Origin: Candidatus Benthicola marisminoris
GTDB lineage: Bacteria > Gemmatimonadota > Gemmatimonadetes > Palauibacterales > Palauibacteraceae
DNA: 50,994 nucleotides
Reading direction: 5' to 3'
Assembly: GCA_023554335.1 (NCBI GenBank)
Contig: JAMJQR010000113.1
Span: 1 to 50,994, forward strand
In this document: piece by piece, positions 9,393-20,463 of the stretch
Layout: the number at the start of each line of letters is the position of its first letter
Position numbering within the stretch: position 1 is the stretch's first letter
Made by a program: the position numbers and the translations under genes
The notes under the pieces: generated by a model
Told to the model about the DNA's origin: nothing
Database searches by the model: none
The model's input: the letters and a program-made list of their open reading frames with translations, nothing else

Positions 9393-9451
9393 ATTCTGTT
9401 CTCCGTCATTGACTTGACAGGCCGCGCGTCCAAAGGGTTACGCGGCCCGCC

Positions 9452-9480
9452 AAGCTACTGAACGGGTCGCGGCAATTCAA
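9452..9480 (-). promoter_or_regulatory. Putative sigma70 promoter for rpsF operon
   Basis: TTGAAT-N17-TAGCTT upstream of the rpsF leader. Confidence 0.35.
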
Positions 9481-9494
9481 GCCGCATTCAATCC

Positions 9495-11618
<2,124 letters not shown>

Positions 11619-11648
11619 GAGAAGCCTCTCTTGTATTCCGTTACTGGT

Positions 11649-12230
11649 TTACCGCCCGCCCTGACCGCTGTTGAAGGCGTTCATGGCGTTCTCCACGCCC
11701 TCTTCGATCCAAGCTTCGACCGCGAGGGCCATCCTCGAGAACTGCTCGAGAATCGCTTCTTCTTCCTTCGCTGAGGGGGACGCGAGCACCCAGTCCGTGA
11801 GCGCGACCTCGCGATCTCCCGGCGCGCCGACGCCGATCCTCAGGCGAGGATACTCCCGGCTCTGCAGGCAATCCTCGACTGACAGCAGTCCCTTGTGACC
11901 ACCGCCAGAGCCCCGACCGCGCAGCCGGAACCGGCCCGGTGGAAGGGCCGTATCGTCCACGACCACGAGTAGGTCGTCCTCCGGTCGAAAATCCGTCGCG
12001 GCCAGGTACTTCGCGAGCACCCGGCCGCTTCGGTTCATATACGTCAGGGGCTTCACGATCCGGACGGACTCGTCGCCGACCCGGCCGCCGGTGGAGGCTT
12101 CCGGGCCCTCCCGGCGAAAAGGCGGAAGAGACCAGCGTCTGCCCAGGTGATCGGCGAGCCACCAGCCGGCGTTGTGTCTCGTGTCCCGGTATCGATCCCC
12201 CGGGTTGCCGAGGGCCAGGATCAGCTTCAT
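11649..12230 (-). CDS. pth: Peptidyl-tRNA hydrolase
   Basis: LGNPG..Y..TRHNAG, KPLTYMNRSG, GGHKGL, RLRIGVG. Confidence 0.97.
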   Translation of the reverse strand: MKLILALGNPGDRYRDTRHNAGWWLADHLGRRWSLPPFRREGPEASTGGRVGDESVRIVKPLTYMNRSGRVLAKYLAATDFRPEDDLLVVVDDTALPPGRFRLRGRGSGGGHKGLLSVEDCLQSREYPRLRIGVGAPGDREVALTDWVLASPSAKEEEAILEQFSRMALAVEAWIEEGVENAMNAFNSGQGGR

Positions 12231-12248
12231 CCGCCCGTGCTGACCGGA

Positions 12249-12914
12249 CTACTCGTCCTCCGGCTCCTCGTCGTCGCCGCGGGCCGTGATCACCTCCGGC
12301 TCGACCTCGCCCTCGAGCTCGGAGATCTCCTCGCCCTCTTCCTCGACCTCTTCCACGACACGCGGCGCCACCACGGTGCAGACCGTGAGGCTCTCGTCCT
12401 CGAGCAGGAATACGTCGCCCGTGTCGATCTCCGAGATGTGAAGGGAGTCTCCGATCTCCATCTCCGAGATGTCCACCTCGAACCCGGTGGGAATCTCCCG
12501 GGGCAGGCACTCGACCTCTAGCTCGTACCGGATGACCTGAAGGGTCCCACCGTTCCTCACACCGATCGGAGTGCCCTCGAGGCGAACCGGAACCGCGACC
12601 TTGATCTTCTCGCCGGCTGTGATCTCGAAGAAGTCGACATGCAGGATGGCGGAACGGTACGGGTGCCTCTGGATCTCACGAATCAGCACCGCCTTCGGCT
12701 GGTCGTCCCCGATCTTGAGGTCGATCAGCGTGTTCTCGGTCGAGATCTTGCTGATCAGGGCCTTGAACTGCAGCTCGTCCGCCTGGACCGCCGTCGACTC
12801 GGCTCCATGACCGTAGACGTTGCCCGGGATCTTGCCGGCCGCGCGGATCCTGCGCGCCGCCCCTTTCCCCGTCTCGCTTCTCGTCTCGACCTCTAATGTC
12901 ACCAGCTCAGTCAT
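12249..12914 (-). CDS. rplY: 50S ribosomal protein L25/Ctc
   Basis: GKGAARRIR..GKIPGNVYG, IQRHP, LHVDF, TL5-like C-terminal domain. Confidence 0.97.
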   Translation of the reverse strand: MTELVTLEVETRSETGKGAARRIRAAGKIPGNVYGHGAESTAVQADELQFKALISKISTENTLIDLKIGDDQPKAVLIREIQRHPYRSAILHVDFFEITAGEKIKVAVPVRLEGTPIGVRNGGTLQVIRYELEVECLPREIPTGFEVDISEMEIGDSLHISEIDTGDVFLLEDESLTVCTVVAPRVVEEVEEEGEEISELEGEVEPEVITARGDDEEPEDE

Positions 12915-12963
12915 CTTTAATCCTCGTCCGCCGTCCCGCAGGGTCCGGCTTCATGGTCCATGC

Positions 12964-13923
12964 TCATGTGAACAGCTTGCTCACGGAACGATTGTAGTGC
13001 GTGCTCTCGATGGCCCTGGCCAGGAGGCTGGCAACCGAGACGGTCGTTAGATTTCGGAGGCTGAGCCTCTTCTCCTCGGGCACGGCGATGGTATCCGTTA
13101 CCGCCAGCTCCACCAGGTCGGCCCCGTTCAGACGTTCGACCGCCGGGCCCGAAAGGAGCGCGTGCGTCGCGATCGCGTAGACCTCGCTGGCCCCGCGCTC
13201 GCGGAGCGCAACGGCCGCGTTGGCCATGGTACCTGCCGTGTCCACCATGTCGTCGGAGATGATGCACCGCATCCCGTCCACGTCTCCGACCACGTTCAAC
13301 ACCTCGGCCTCGTTGGGTTCCGGACGCCGTTTGTCCATGATCGCGAGGCCTGCCCCGAGACGTTTCGCGTAGCCCCGGGCCATCTTCGCCGCGCCCACAT
13401 CCGTAGCCACGACCACCAGGTCGTCCTTGCTCATGCTCTCGTAGTGGCTCATGAACACAGGCGCCGCGTACAGGTGGTCCACCGGTATGTCGAAAAACCC
13501 CTGCAACTGGTGCTGGTGGAAGTCGATCGTGATCAGCCGGTCCGCTCCGGCGGCCACGATCAGGTTCGCCATTAACTTGCCCGCAATCGACACGCGCGGC
13601 TGGTCCTTCCGATCCTGACGGGCGTAGCCGAAGTATGGTACCACGGCCGTCACCCGGGCCGCCGAGGCGCGCCGGGCCGCGTCGATCAGGAGCAGTAGCT
13701 CCAGTATGTTTTCCGCTGGCGGGTTCGTGGACTGAATCACGAACACGTCCCGCCCGCGTACGTTCTCATCGATCCGGACGAAGATCTCTCCGTCCGCGAA
13801 CCGCTTGATCGTCACCTCGCACAGCGGCTGGCCAAGCTCCTCGGCGATGTTCGCCGCGAGGGCCGGGTTTGCCGTGCCCGTGAGCACCATCATCGGAGTG
13901 CCGGTCGCTGACAGCTCCATCAT
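12964..13923 (-). CDS. prs: Ribose-phosphate pyrophosphokinase
   Basis: FADGE, PYFGYARQDRK, DKRR, DDMVDTAGT motifs. Confidence 0.98.
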   Translation of the reverse strand: MMELSATGTPMMVLTGTANPALAANIAEELGQPLCEVTIKRFADGEIFVRIDENVRGRDVFVIQSTNPPAENILELLLLIDAARRASAARVTAVVPYFGYARQDRKDQPRVSIAGKLMANLIVAAGADRLITIDFHQHQLQGFFDIPVDHLYAAPVFMSHYESMSKDDLVVVATDVGAAKMARGYAKRLGAGLAIMDKRRPEPNEAEVLNVVGDVDGMRCIISDDMVDTAGTMANAAVALRERGASEVYAIATHALLSGPAVERLNGADLVELAVTDTIAVPEEKRLSLRNLTTVSVASLLARAIESTHYNRSVSKLFT

Positions 13924-13976
13924 GTCCGCCCCGCTCCAAAGGCTGCGTCGTTCACGCGTCCCGAAAACAGCCGCGT

Positions 13977-14005
13977 ATGTTACATGCCATGCCGGGAATC
14001 GTCAA
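13977..14005 (-). promoter_or_regulatory. Putative sigma70 promoter for prs-rplY-pth
   Basis: TTGACG-N17-TAACAT about 55 nt upstream of the prs start. Confidence 0.6.
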
Positions 14006-14028
14006 CCGGATCGCGGCCATCCGACGTC

Positions 14029-15108
14029 TCAGCCAGCCATCGGCTCCAAGGGCTTCTGGTACTGCAGCTGCGTCGGATACGCGAACTCCACTCCGGCGGT
14101 CGTCAGTCGCCTCATCAGCGCCAGGTTTACGCGCTGCTGCACGTCCATGAAGACCTCGTAGTCGGGAACGGTCAGGTGGTACACGGTCTCGAACTCGAGC
14201 GCCCACTCGCCGAGGGTCTTCAGGTGGCAGCGTGCAAATCGGGCCCACTCCTCCGCCTCGACGATCTCCCTTACCCAGGTCGGAATCTTCTCGACGACTG
14301 CCGGATCGGTCTCGTAGACGATGCGGAGCGTGAACGAGGCCCGTCGTTCCTCCATTCGACCGTAGTTGCGGATCCTGCTATTCAAGAGGTCACTGTTCGA
14401 GAAGACGAGCTGCTCTCCCGATATGCTGCGGAGCTGGGTGCTTTTCAGGCCGATGGATTCCACCGTGCCGCCTAAGCTGTCGACTTGCAGGTAGTCCCCC
14501 ACGAGGAACGGCTTGTCGAAGATGATGGACAGGGATGCGAACAGGTCGGAAAGAATGTTCTGCACCGCCAGCGCGATCGCGATTCCGCCGATGCCGAGAC
14601 CCGTGATCAGGGCCGTCACGTTCACGCCCCACACCTGCAGGACGAACACGAAGACCAGGAACCAGATCGTACCCGTGCCCAGCAAGCGGATGAGGTTGAA
14701 CGACGACGCGACCTCCGGGTCGTCCGGGTAGCGGTGATCCCGAGCATAGAGCAGAAGGCTTCGGTAGCCGGCCACGAGCCAGAGGCACAGCTGAAGAAGC
14801 AAAGCCGTAAACAGGACCTGATCGAAGATCTGCTCGACGCCGGACGCAAGTCGCACGTAGCGGGCGCCGGCCCAGACTCCGACCGCCACGTAGAAGAAAC
14901 CCCGTGTCGCCCCCGCTGCAGCTACCAGCGAGTCATCCAGATATGTGCTCGTAGATCGGGCAAGGCTCGTCGCCCGGCGGATCAAAATGGGTACCAGAAA
15001 ACGGAGAAGCAGTGCGGTACCCAGGAAGATCGCGACCCCCGCGAGCCACGTTTCGACTGAGTTGCCCCAGACGATCTCGGACAGGAAATCCATGAACTCC
15101 ACTCCCAT
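14029..15108 (-). CDS. Small-conductance mechanosensitive channel (MscS family)
   Basis: LGIGGIAIALAVQNILSDLFAS, DKPFLVGD, GTVESIGLKST, FAYPTQ. Confidence 0.95.
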   Translation of the reverse strand: MGVEFMDFLSEIVWGNSVETWLAGVAIFLGTALLLRFLVPILIRRATSLARSTSTYLDDSLVAAAGATRGFFYVAVGVWAGARYVRLASGVEQIFDQVLFTALLLQLCLWLVAGYRSLLLYARDHRYPDDPEVASSFNLIRLLGTGTIWFLVFVFVLQVWGVNVTALITGLGIGGIAIALAVQNILSDLFASLSIIFDKPFLVGDYLQVDSLGGTVESIGLKSTQLRSISGEQLVFSNSDLLNSRIRNYGRMEERRASFTLRIVYETDPAVVEKIPTWVREIVEAEEWARFARCHLKTLGEWALEFETVYHLTVPDYEVFMDVQQRVNLALMRRLTTAGVEFAYPTQLQYQKPLEPMAG

Positions 15109-15232
15109 GTCGAACTCTGGCCATCAGCGAGCCGCTCGTCTAGCAGCCGCGCGCAATCTCACTCCCTTGAGCCTGGCCGCAAGCGCCCCGGTCCCCTTGT
15201 AGCGACACCCGGCCACGATCTATTGTCGTGCC

Positions 15233-16759
15233 ATGAACAAGGACCCCGCCCGAAAGGCTCCGAACCGACCCGTGGGTCCGGGTGCTGACTCAGCCCTGGA
15301 CCTCGAGGTCCTGATCCGGTCGCGGTACCCCGTGGTGGCGGTAGACACGTTGGAGGAGGAGCGGCTCTCGGAGCTTCTCGATCGTGTGGCTCAGCGCCTC
15401 GACGTCCCCCTATACACGTGGAGCCGAACCCGGGGCCTGGTACGGGAGGGCATGAGCCAGGCGACCTACGACACGGCCGATCCAATGAAGATGCTCGCCC
15501 ACCTGCAGGCGGCAGGAGCTCCGGGCGTGTACCTGCTGGCCGACTTTCACCCCTACCTCGAAGACTCCGTGATCGTGAGGAAGCTCCGCGAGGTGCTTCC
15601 GGGTTTCGTCGACGATCGGCGGGCGCTCGTGCTCTCGGGTCACGGCGTGACGCTGCCACCGGAGATCGGCACCCAGGGCGTTCCCTATCGCCTGAACCTT
15701 CCGGACCTCGAACAGATTCGGCTCGAGCTGCGAGAGGTAGTGCGCCAGGCCGCCCGGGAGGAAGGGGTACAGATCGAGATCGGCCAGGCCGAGGCGGAGG
15801 AGATCGCCCGCGAGCTGCAGGGACTCACGAGGGACGAGATCCGCCGCACGATCAGAAGGGCCATGGTCGTCGACGGGCGCCTCTCGGCTGGCGATGTCGA
15901 TCTCATACGGGCTGCCCGGCGAGAGAGCCTGGGTCGCAAGGGAGTCCTCGAATTCGTTCCGATCACCGACCCGGAGCCGGTCGGAGGGATGGATTCACTT
16001 CGGGAGTGGCTGTCGAAGCGTCGTGACGCACTTGGCGAGGCCGCCCGAGAGTTCGGGCTGGAGCCGCCGCGTGGGGTCCTTCTGATGGGCGTTCAGGGCT
16101 GCGGCAAGAGCCTGATGGCCAGGAACATCGCAGCGGAATGGGATCTTCCGCTGGTGCGCCTGGATCCGTCAGCGCTGTACGACAAGTTCGTGGGAGAGAC
16201 GGAGAAGAACCTCAGGCAGTCACTGGACACGGCCGATGCCATGTCGCCCGTGGTGCTGTGGATCGACGAGATCGAGAAAGGATTCGCTCGGGACGGAGGC
16301 GAAGCCGACGGCGGCGTGAGCGGTCGGCTGCTGGGGACGTTCCTCACCTGGCTTCAGGAGAGGGACAGCCGCGTGTTCGTCGTGGCGACGGCGAACGACG
16401 TCGAGCGCCTCCCGCCGGAGCTGCTGCGCAAAGGTCGCTTCGACGAGGTGTTCTTCGTGGATCTGCCGGCTGCCGAGGAGCGGCGCGTGATCTTCGCGCT
16501 GCACCTCGCGCGCAGGAGCAGGGATCCCGACGCATTCGACCTCGCGGCCCTGGCCGAGCGGTCGGAAGGCTTTTCCGGCAGCGAGATCGAGCAGGCGGTC
16601 GTGGCAGGTCTGTACACGGCTTTCGCTCGCAAGACGGACCTGGACCAGGACATTCTGGTTGAGGAGGTCCAGGCGGCGGTGCCGCTCTCGGTCACGCTCT
16701 CGGAGAGGGTCCAGGCGCTGCGGGCATGGGCGCAGGGCCGCGCCGTCCCTGCCGCGTGA
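15233..16759 (+). CDS. Ycf46-like AAA+ ATPase
   Basis: N-terminal IRSRYPVV...EEER, LADFHPYL; Walker A GVQGCGKS; Walker B WIDEIEK; ATAN; LLRKGRFDEVFFVDLP. Confidence 0.9.
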   Translation: MNKDPARKAPNRPVGPGADSALDLEVLIRSRYPVVAVDTLEEERLSELLDRVAQRLDVPLYTWSRTRGLVREGMSQATYDTADPMKMLAHLQAAGAPGVYLLADFHPYLEDSVIVRKLREVLPGFVDDRRALVLSGHGVTLPPEIGTQGVPYRLNLPDLEQIRLELREVVRQAAREEGVQIEIGQAEAEEIARELQGLTRDEIRRTIRRAMVVDGRLSAGDVDLIRAARRESLGRKGVLEFVPITDPEPVGGMDSLREWLSKRRDALGEAAREFGLEPPRGVLLMGVQGCGKSLMARNIAAEWDLPLVRLDPSALYDKFVGETEKNLRQSLDTADAMSPVVLWIDEIEKGFARDGGEADGGVSGRLLGTFLTWLQERDSRVFVVATANDVERLPPELLRKGRFDEVFFVDLPAAEERRVIFALHLARRSRDPDAFDLAALAERSEGFSGSEIEQAVVAGLYTAFARKTDLDQDILVEEVQAAVPLSVTLSERVQALRAWAQGRAVPAA

Positions 16760-17730
16760 GGCGCCCGGGACAGGCCGGTACAGGGTCCGGCGGCCGGGTT
16801 CACACGTTCGCGGGAGGCGAGCTCGACCGCGCCGCCCATCTGCGCACCGACGAGTCCCGCATCCGCGACCTGCACGATTCGCCCCAGTCCCGATACCTGG
16901 CCTTTCGAGCCCTCGACCCCCTCGTCTCCTTCGACACGACGGCGCGGCTGGTCTGGCTGCCCAGGGCCGCCCTGGACGGTTTGGTCGACATCGGGGCCGA
17001 CGCACTGTTCCTCGGCCTCGGCCGGGACGGGGCCAGGTTCGCCGTCCCCGTTCCCGACACCGTCGGCCCTGAAGAACTGGGACCGGATGAATCCGAATTC
17101 GTGGGCGTCCGCGAAGTCGCGCCCCTGGTGGAACCGCAGGACGCATCCATCCTGGCACTCGGGCGCTCGCTGTCGATCTGGCACGCGGAGCATGGCTTCT
17201 GCCCGCGCTGCGGTCACGCCACGTCGATTGCGGAGGCCGGCCACGCGAGGGCATGTTCGGCCGAGAGCTGTGGGAAGAGCCAGTTTCCGCGGACCGATCC
17301 GGTGGTGATCATGCTCATACATCGGGGCGGTCGCTGCCTTCTGGGGCGATCCGTCCGCGCCGTGCCCTACCCGCCCGGCCTGCATTCCTGCCTGGCCGGC
17401 TACGTGGAGCCCGGGGAGTCGATCGAGGAGGCCGTGCGGCGCGAAACCTGGGAGGAAGCGGGACTCCGCGTGTCAGAGGTGCGCTACCATTCATCGCAGC
17501 CCTGGCCGTTCCCGTCTACTTTGATGATCGGTTGTTTCGCGGAAGCGCTGGGTGGAGAGCCGCGCATCGACCCGGCTGAGTTGGAGTGCGTGCGCTGGTT
17601 CGACCGCGAGGAACTCCGAACGGCAGTCGAACGTTGGGAGGAGGCAGACGCCCTCCGACTGCCTCCGCCCATCACGATCGCGCATCAATTGGCCCGGGCC
17701 TGGCTGGAGGATGAAGAGCCCGCAGCTTGA
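16756..17730 (+). CDS. nudC: NADH pyrophosphatase / NAD-cap decapping enzyme
   Basis: FCPRCG zinc site, FPRTDPVVI, Nudix box GYVEPGESIEEAVRRETWEEAG, SQPWPFP; GTG 16756 overlaps the AAA stop (GTGA). Confidence 0.95.
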   Translation: MRRPGQAGTGSGGRVHTFAGGELDRAAHLRTDESRIRDLHDSPQSRYLAFRALDPLVSFDTTARLVWLPRAALDGLVDIGADALFLGLGRDGARFAVPVPDTVGPEELGPDESEFVGVREVAPLVEPQDASILALGRSLSIWHAEHGFCPRCGHATSIAEAGHARACSAESCGKSQFPRTDPVVIMLIHRGGRCLLGRSVRAVPYPPGLHSCLAGYVEPGESIEEAVRRETWEEAGLRVSEVRYHSSQPWPFPSTLMIGCFAEALGGEPRIDPAELECVRWFDREELRTAVERWEEADALRLPPPITIAHQLARAWLEDEEPAA

Positions 17731-19412
17731 ACGCCAAACGCAGAACTGCCACGCGCATGCAAGATCGAGTCGTAGCCCCACACGCCACCACCCCGGCTCT
17801 GCCGACGCCCACCGACGGCGGCATGGGCTTCATGCCCTCCGACATCCTGGAGCAGACGTGCAAGCGGGTGGGTGTCGCATCGCTGGTGTTCGCGGCCATC
17901 TGGGCCTGGGTACTGGCGATGGTGCACCTGGCGTGGCGGCCGTTCGGCCCGCTGCCTCCCCAGGCCGAGCTGTGGTCCGGGTTCGGAACTCCGATCGCCG
18001 TCATCGGCCTCGTGATCTCCCTCGGCATGGTCTTCGTGGCCGGGAAGCTGCATCACGAGCCGGAGAAGCTGCTCGACGTCGGGCTGGGGTTCGAGGTCGT
18101 GACGGCGTCGCTGGTGGCGGCCATCAACTGGTGGATGGCCGTACCTATGGGTATGGGCGTCTCGTGGATCTGCGTGATCATCATCTTCTATCCCGCGATC
18201 GTGCCCGCCGGCATGCGCAAGATCCTGCTGGCGTCCCTGATCGCGGCCTCGATGGATCCGCTGTGGTACTGGATCGGTACGCTGCGGGGCGTCGAGTACC
18301 AGCTCAGCCAGTACGAGCTGCTGTGGGCTTTCGTCCCCAACTACGTGTGCGCGTTCCTGGCCGTGGTGCCGGCCAAGGTGATCCGGGGGCTGGGACGCCG
18401 GGTCTCGAGGGCCCGGGAGCTGGGGGCCTACAAGGTCGGAGAGCTCCTCGGACAGGGAGGAATGGGTGATGTCTACCGGGCAACCCATCGCCTGCTCGCT
18501 CGGCCCGCGGCCATCAAGTTGATCCGGCCCGAGGCGCTCGGCGAGTCCGAGACCTCGCGAGCCGTCGTGGTCGAGCGATTCCGCCGAGAGGCCCGCGCCG
18601 CGGCTAATCTCAGGTCACCGCACACGATCGAGCTCTATGACTTCGGCGTGAGCGATGATGGCAACCTCTACTACGTCATGGAGCTGCTGGAGGGACTCAA
18701 TCTGCAGGACCTGGTGCGCCGCTTCGGCCCGCTTCCGCCGGCACGGGCGATTCACCTGCTCAAGCAGGCCTGCCTGTCGCTCGGGGAAGCCCACGACCGC
18801 GGGCTCGTGCACCGGGACATCAAGCCTTCGAATCTGGTCGCCTGCCGGTTGGGTCTGGCCGTGGACTTCGTCAAGGTCCTCGATTTCGGGCTGGTGAAGA
18901 TGGCCGCCGAACAGGGAGCAGATCAGCCGTACCTGACCTCACCGAACGTCACCACCGGGACCCCGGCGTTCATGCCGCCCGAGGTCGCCCTCGGTAGTCA
19001 GCCCGTAGATGGCCGGGCGGATCTCTATGCACTCGGCTGCGTGGCCTACTGGCTGCTCACCGGGCGCACGCCGTTCGAGGCACCCACGCCGGTCGCCATG
19101 CTGATGAAGCACGTTCAGGAGAGTCCCAAGCCACCTTCCGAGGTGTCCGAGATCGAGATCCCCGAGTGCCTGGACGCGATCGTTCTCGACCTGCTGGCCA
19201 AGGATCCTGAGAACCGGCCAGCGACCGCTGGGGAGGTCTACCGTCGCCTGGCCGACTGCCCCGCACCGGACCCGTGGGACCGGGACCGGGCGGTCAGCTG
19301 GTGGAGCCTGCACCTTCCCGAGGCGGAGCCCCCGTCGAGTACGGAGGAGGATCCGTCGAGTGCGGCAGGTCATGAGACGGTGCTTTACGTCGAGGATCGG
19401 TCGAGGCCGTAG
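17727..19412 (+). CDS. Hanks-type Ser/Thr protein kinase with N-terminal multi-TM domain
   Basis: About six hydrophobic segments, then LGQGGMG, AAIK, HRDIKPSN, DFG, GTPAFMPPE, DLYALG. Start could be TTG 17727 or a downstream ATG. Confidence 0.93.
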   Translation: MNAKRRTATRMQDRVVAPHATTPALPTPTDGGMGFMPSDILEQTCKRVGVASLVFAAIWAWVLAMVHLAWRPFGPLPPQAELWSGFGTPIAVIGLVISLGMVFVAGKLHHEPEKLLDVGLGFEVVTASLVAAINWWMAVPMGMGVSWICVIIIFYPAIVPAGMRKILLASLIAASMDPLWYWIGTLRGVEYQLSQYELLWAFVPNYVCAFLAVVPAKVIRGLGRRVSRARELGAYKVGELLGQGGMGDVYRATHRLLARPAAIKLIRPEALGESETSRAVVVERFRREARAAANLRSPHTIELYDFGVSDDGNLYYVMELLEGLNLQDLVRRFGPLPPARAIHLLKQACLSLGEAHDRGLVHRDIKPSNLVACRLGLAVDFVKVLDFGLVKMAAEQGADQPYLTSPNVTTGTPAFMPPEVALGSQPVDGRADLYALGCVAYWLLTGRTPFEAPTPVAMLMKHVQESPKPPSEVSEIEIPECLDAIVLDLLAKDPENRPATAGEVYRRLADCPAPDPWDRDRAVSWWSLHLPEAEPPSSTEEDPSSAAGHETVLYVEDRSRP

Positions 19413-19419
19413 CGGCGGA

Positions 19420-19490
19420 TTGGCCCTCCAGGATTCGAACCTGGATTACCGGCTCCAAAGGCCGGGGTCTTGCCATTAGACGAAGGGCCA
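19420..19490 (-). tRNA. tRNA-Gln(TTG), CCA not encoded
   Basis: TGGCCCT/AGGGCCA acceptor stem, D arm GTCTAATGGCAAGAC, anticodon arm CCGGC-CTTTGGA-GCCGG, T arm CCAGG-TTCGAAT-CCTGG; followed by A-TCC. Confidence 0.97.
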
Positions 19491-19513
19491 GCGCGTACAG
19501 CATCCCAAACCGG

Positions 19514-19542
19514 ATAATCGACCGGGTCCGCGGGAGCGTCAA
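19514..19542 (-). promoter_or_regulatory. Putative sigma70 promoter for tRNA-Gln
   Basis: TTGACG-N17-GATTAT about 23 nt upstream of the tRNA. Confidence 0.35.
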
Positions 19543-19572
19543 GCCGGCGGCCCTGGCCTCGCCGGGTGACGG

Positions 19573-20463
19573 TCAGCCCAGGGTGTGCGTCGAGATCGTC
19601 CGAGTCCCTCCTGCCTCGAGACAGGCCCGCTCCGCCGCATCCCGGGCGGAATCATCGTCGAACAGGCCCGCCACGCACGACCCGCTTCCGCACAGAAACG
19701 CGTGCCTGGCCCCCAGGCCGGCCAGGTCGTCGCGAAGGCGCCTGAGCTCCGGGTGCCGGCGGAATACCGGGGGCTCGAGATCATTGACGCCGATGGATCC
19801 TCGAGCGGCCCCGTCCAGCAGGTCCGACGGGGGCGGGAGAATCGCCGGTCCCGGCGGTGACCCCAGGCCTGCCGCCCGGTCCTCCGCGAGCCAGCCGTAC
19901 GCGTCGCCGGCCGCGATGGGATCGCCGGGTACCAGGATGAGCACCGGACGAGGCGCCGTCGGATCTATCGGAAGGAGACGACGCCCTCGCCCCCATGCCA
20001 GAGCGACCGGCGAGGGACACAATCCGAACGGCACGTCGGACCCGAGCTCGCCCGCGATACCTTCCAGCTCGAGTTCCCCTACCGGGTAGCCGCACAATCG
20101 GTTCAGGCCGCTGAGAACCGCCGCGGCGTCCGCGCTTCCTCCGCCGAGCCCCGCGCCAGCCGGGATGCGCTTCTCAAGGCGGATGTGAACGCCGGGATCC
20201 GGCAAGTGCCGGCCGAGCGCCTCCGCTGCCTGCCAGCAGAGGTTGGACTCGTCCGCGGGGACGGTGGCGTCTCCGACGACCTCAAGGCGGATCTCCCCGG
20301 GGATACGGGTGAGCGTCACCTCGTCAGACAGTCGCAGCCGCTGCAGAAGGGTCTCGATCGAGTGATAGCCGCTCTCTTCCCGCGCCAGTACGTGGAGCCA
20401 CAGGTTCAGCTTCGCGTGAGCCTGGAGTCGGAGCGTGGCTTCCGAGCCGGCCTCACTCGTCAT
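19573..20463 (-). CDS. ispE: 4-diphosphocytidyl-2-C-methyl-D-erythritol kinase
   Basis: AKLNLWL, GYHSIET, KRIPAGAGLGGGSADAA, GSDVPF, NDLE, GSGS. Confidence 0.96.
   Translation of the reverse strand: MTSEAGSEATLRLQAHAKLNLWLHVLAREESGYHSIETLLQRLRLSDEVTLTRIPGEIRLEVVGDATVPADESNLCWQAAEALGRHLPDPGVHIRLEKRIPAGAGLGGGSADAAAVLSGLNRLCGYPVGELELEGIAGELGSDVPFGLCPSPVALAWGRGRRLLPIDPTAPRPVLILVPGDPIAAGDAYGWLAEDRAAGLGSPPGPAILPPPSDLLDGAARGSIGVNDLEPPVFRRHPELRRLRDDLAGLGARHAFLCGSGSCVAGLFDDDSARDAAERACLEAGGTRTISTHTLG

Noticed and set aside
13933-19462. 11-bp repeat GCTCCAAAGGC at 13933-13943 and in the tRNA-Gln anticodon arm (19452-19462) as attL/attR
   Set aside because: Identity does not continue into the tRNA 3' half as expected for a displaced fragment, the left copy doubles as the prs SD region, and there is no integrase. 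Probably chance.
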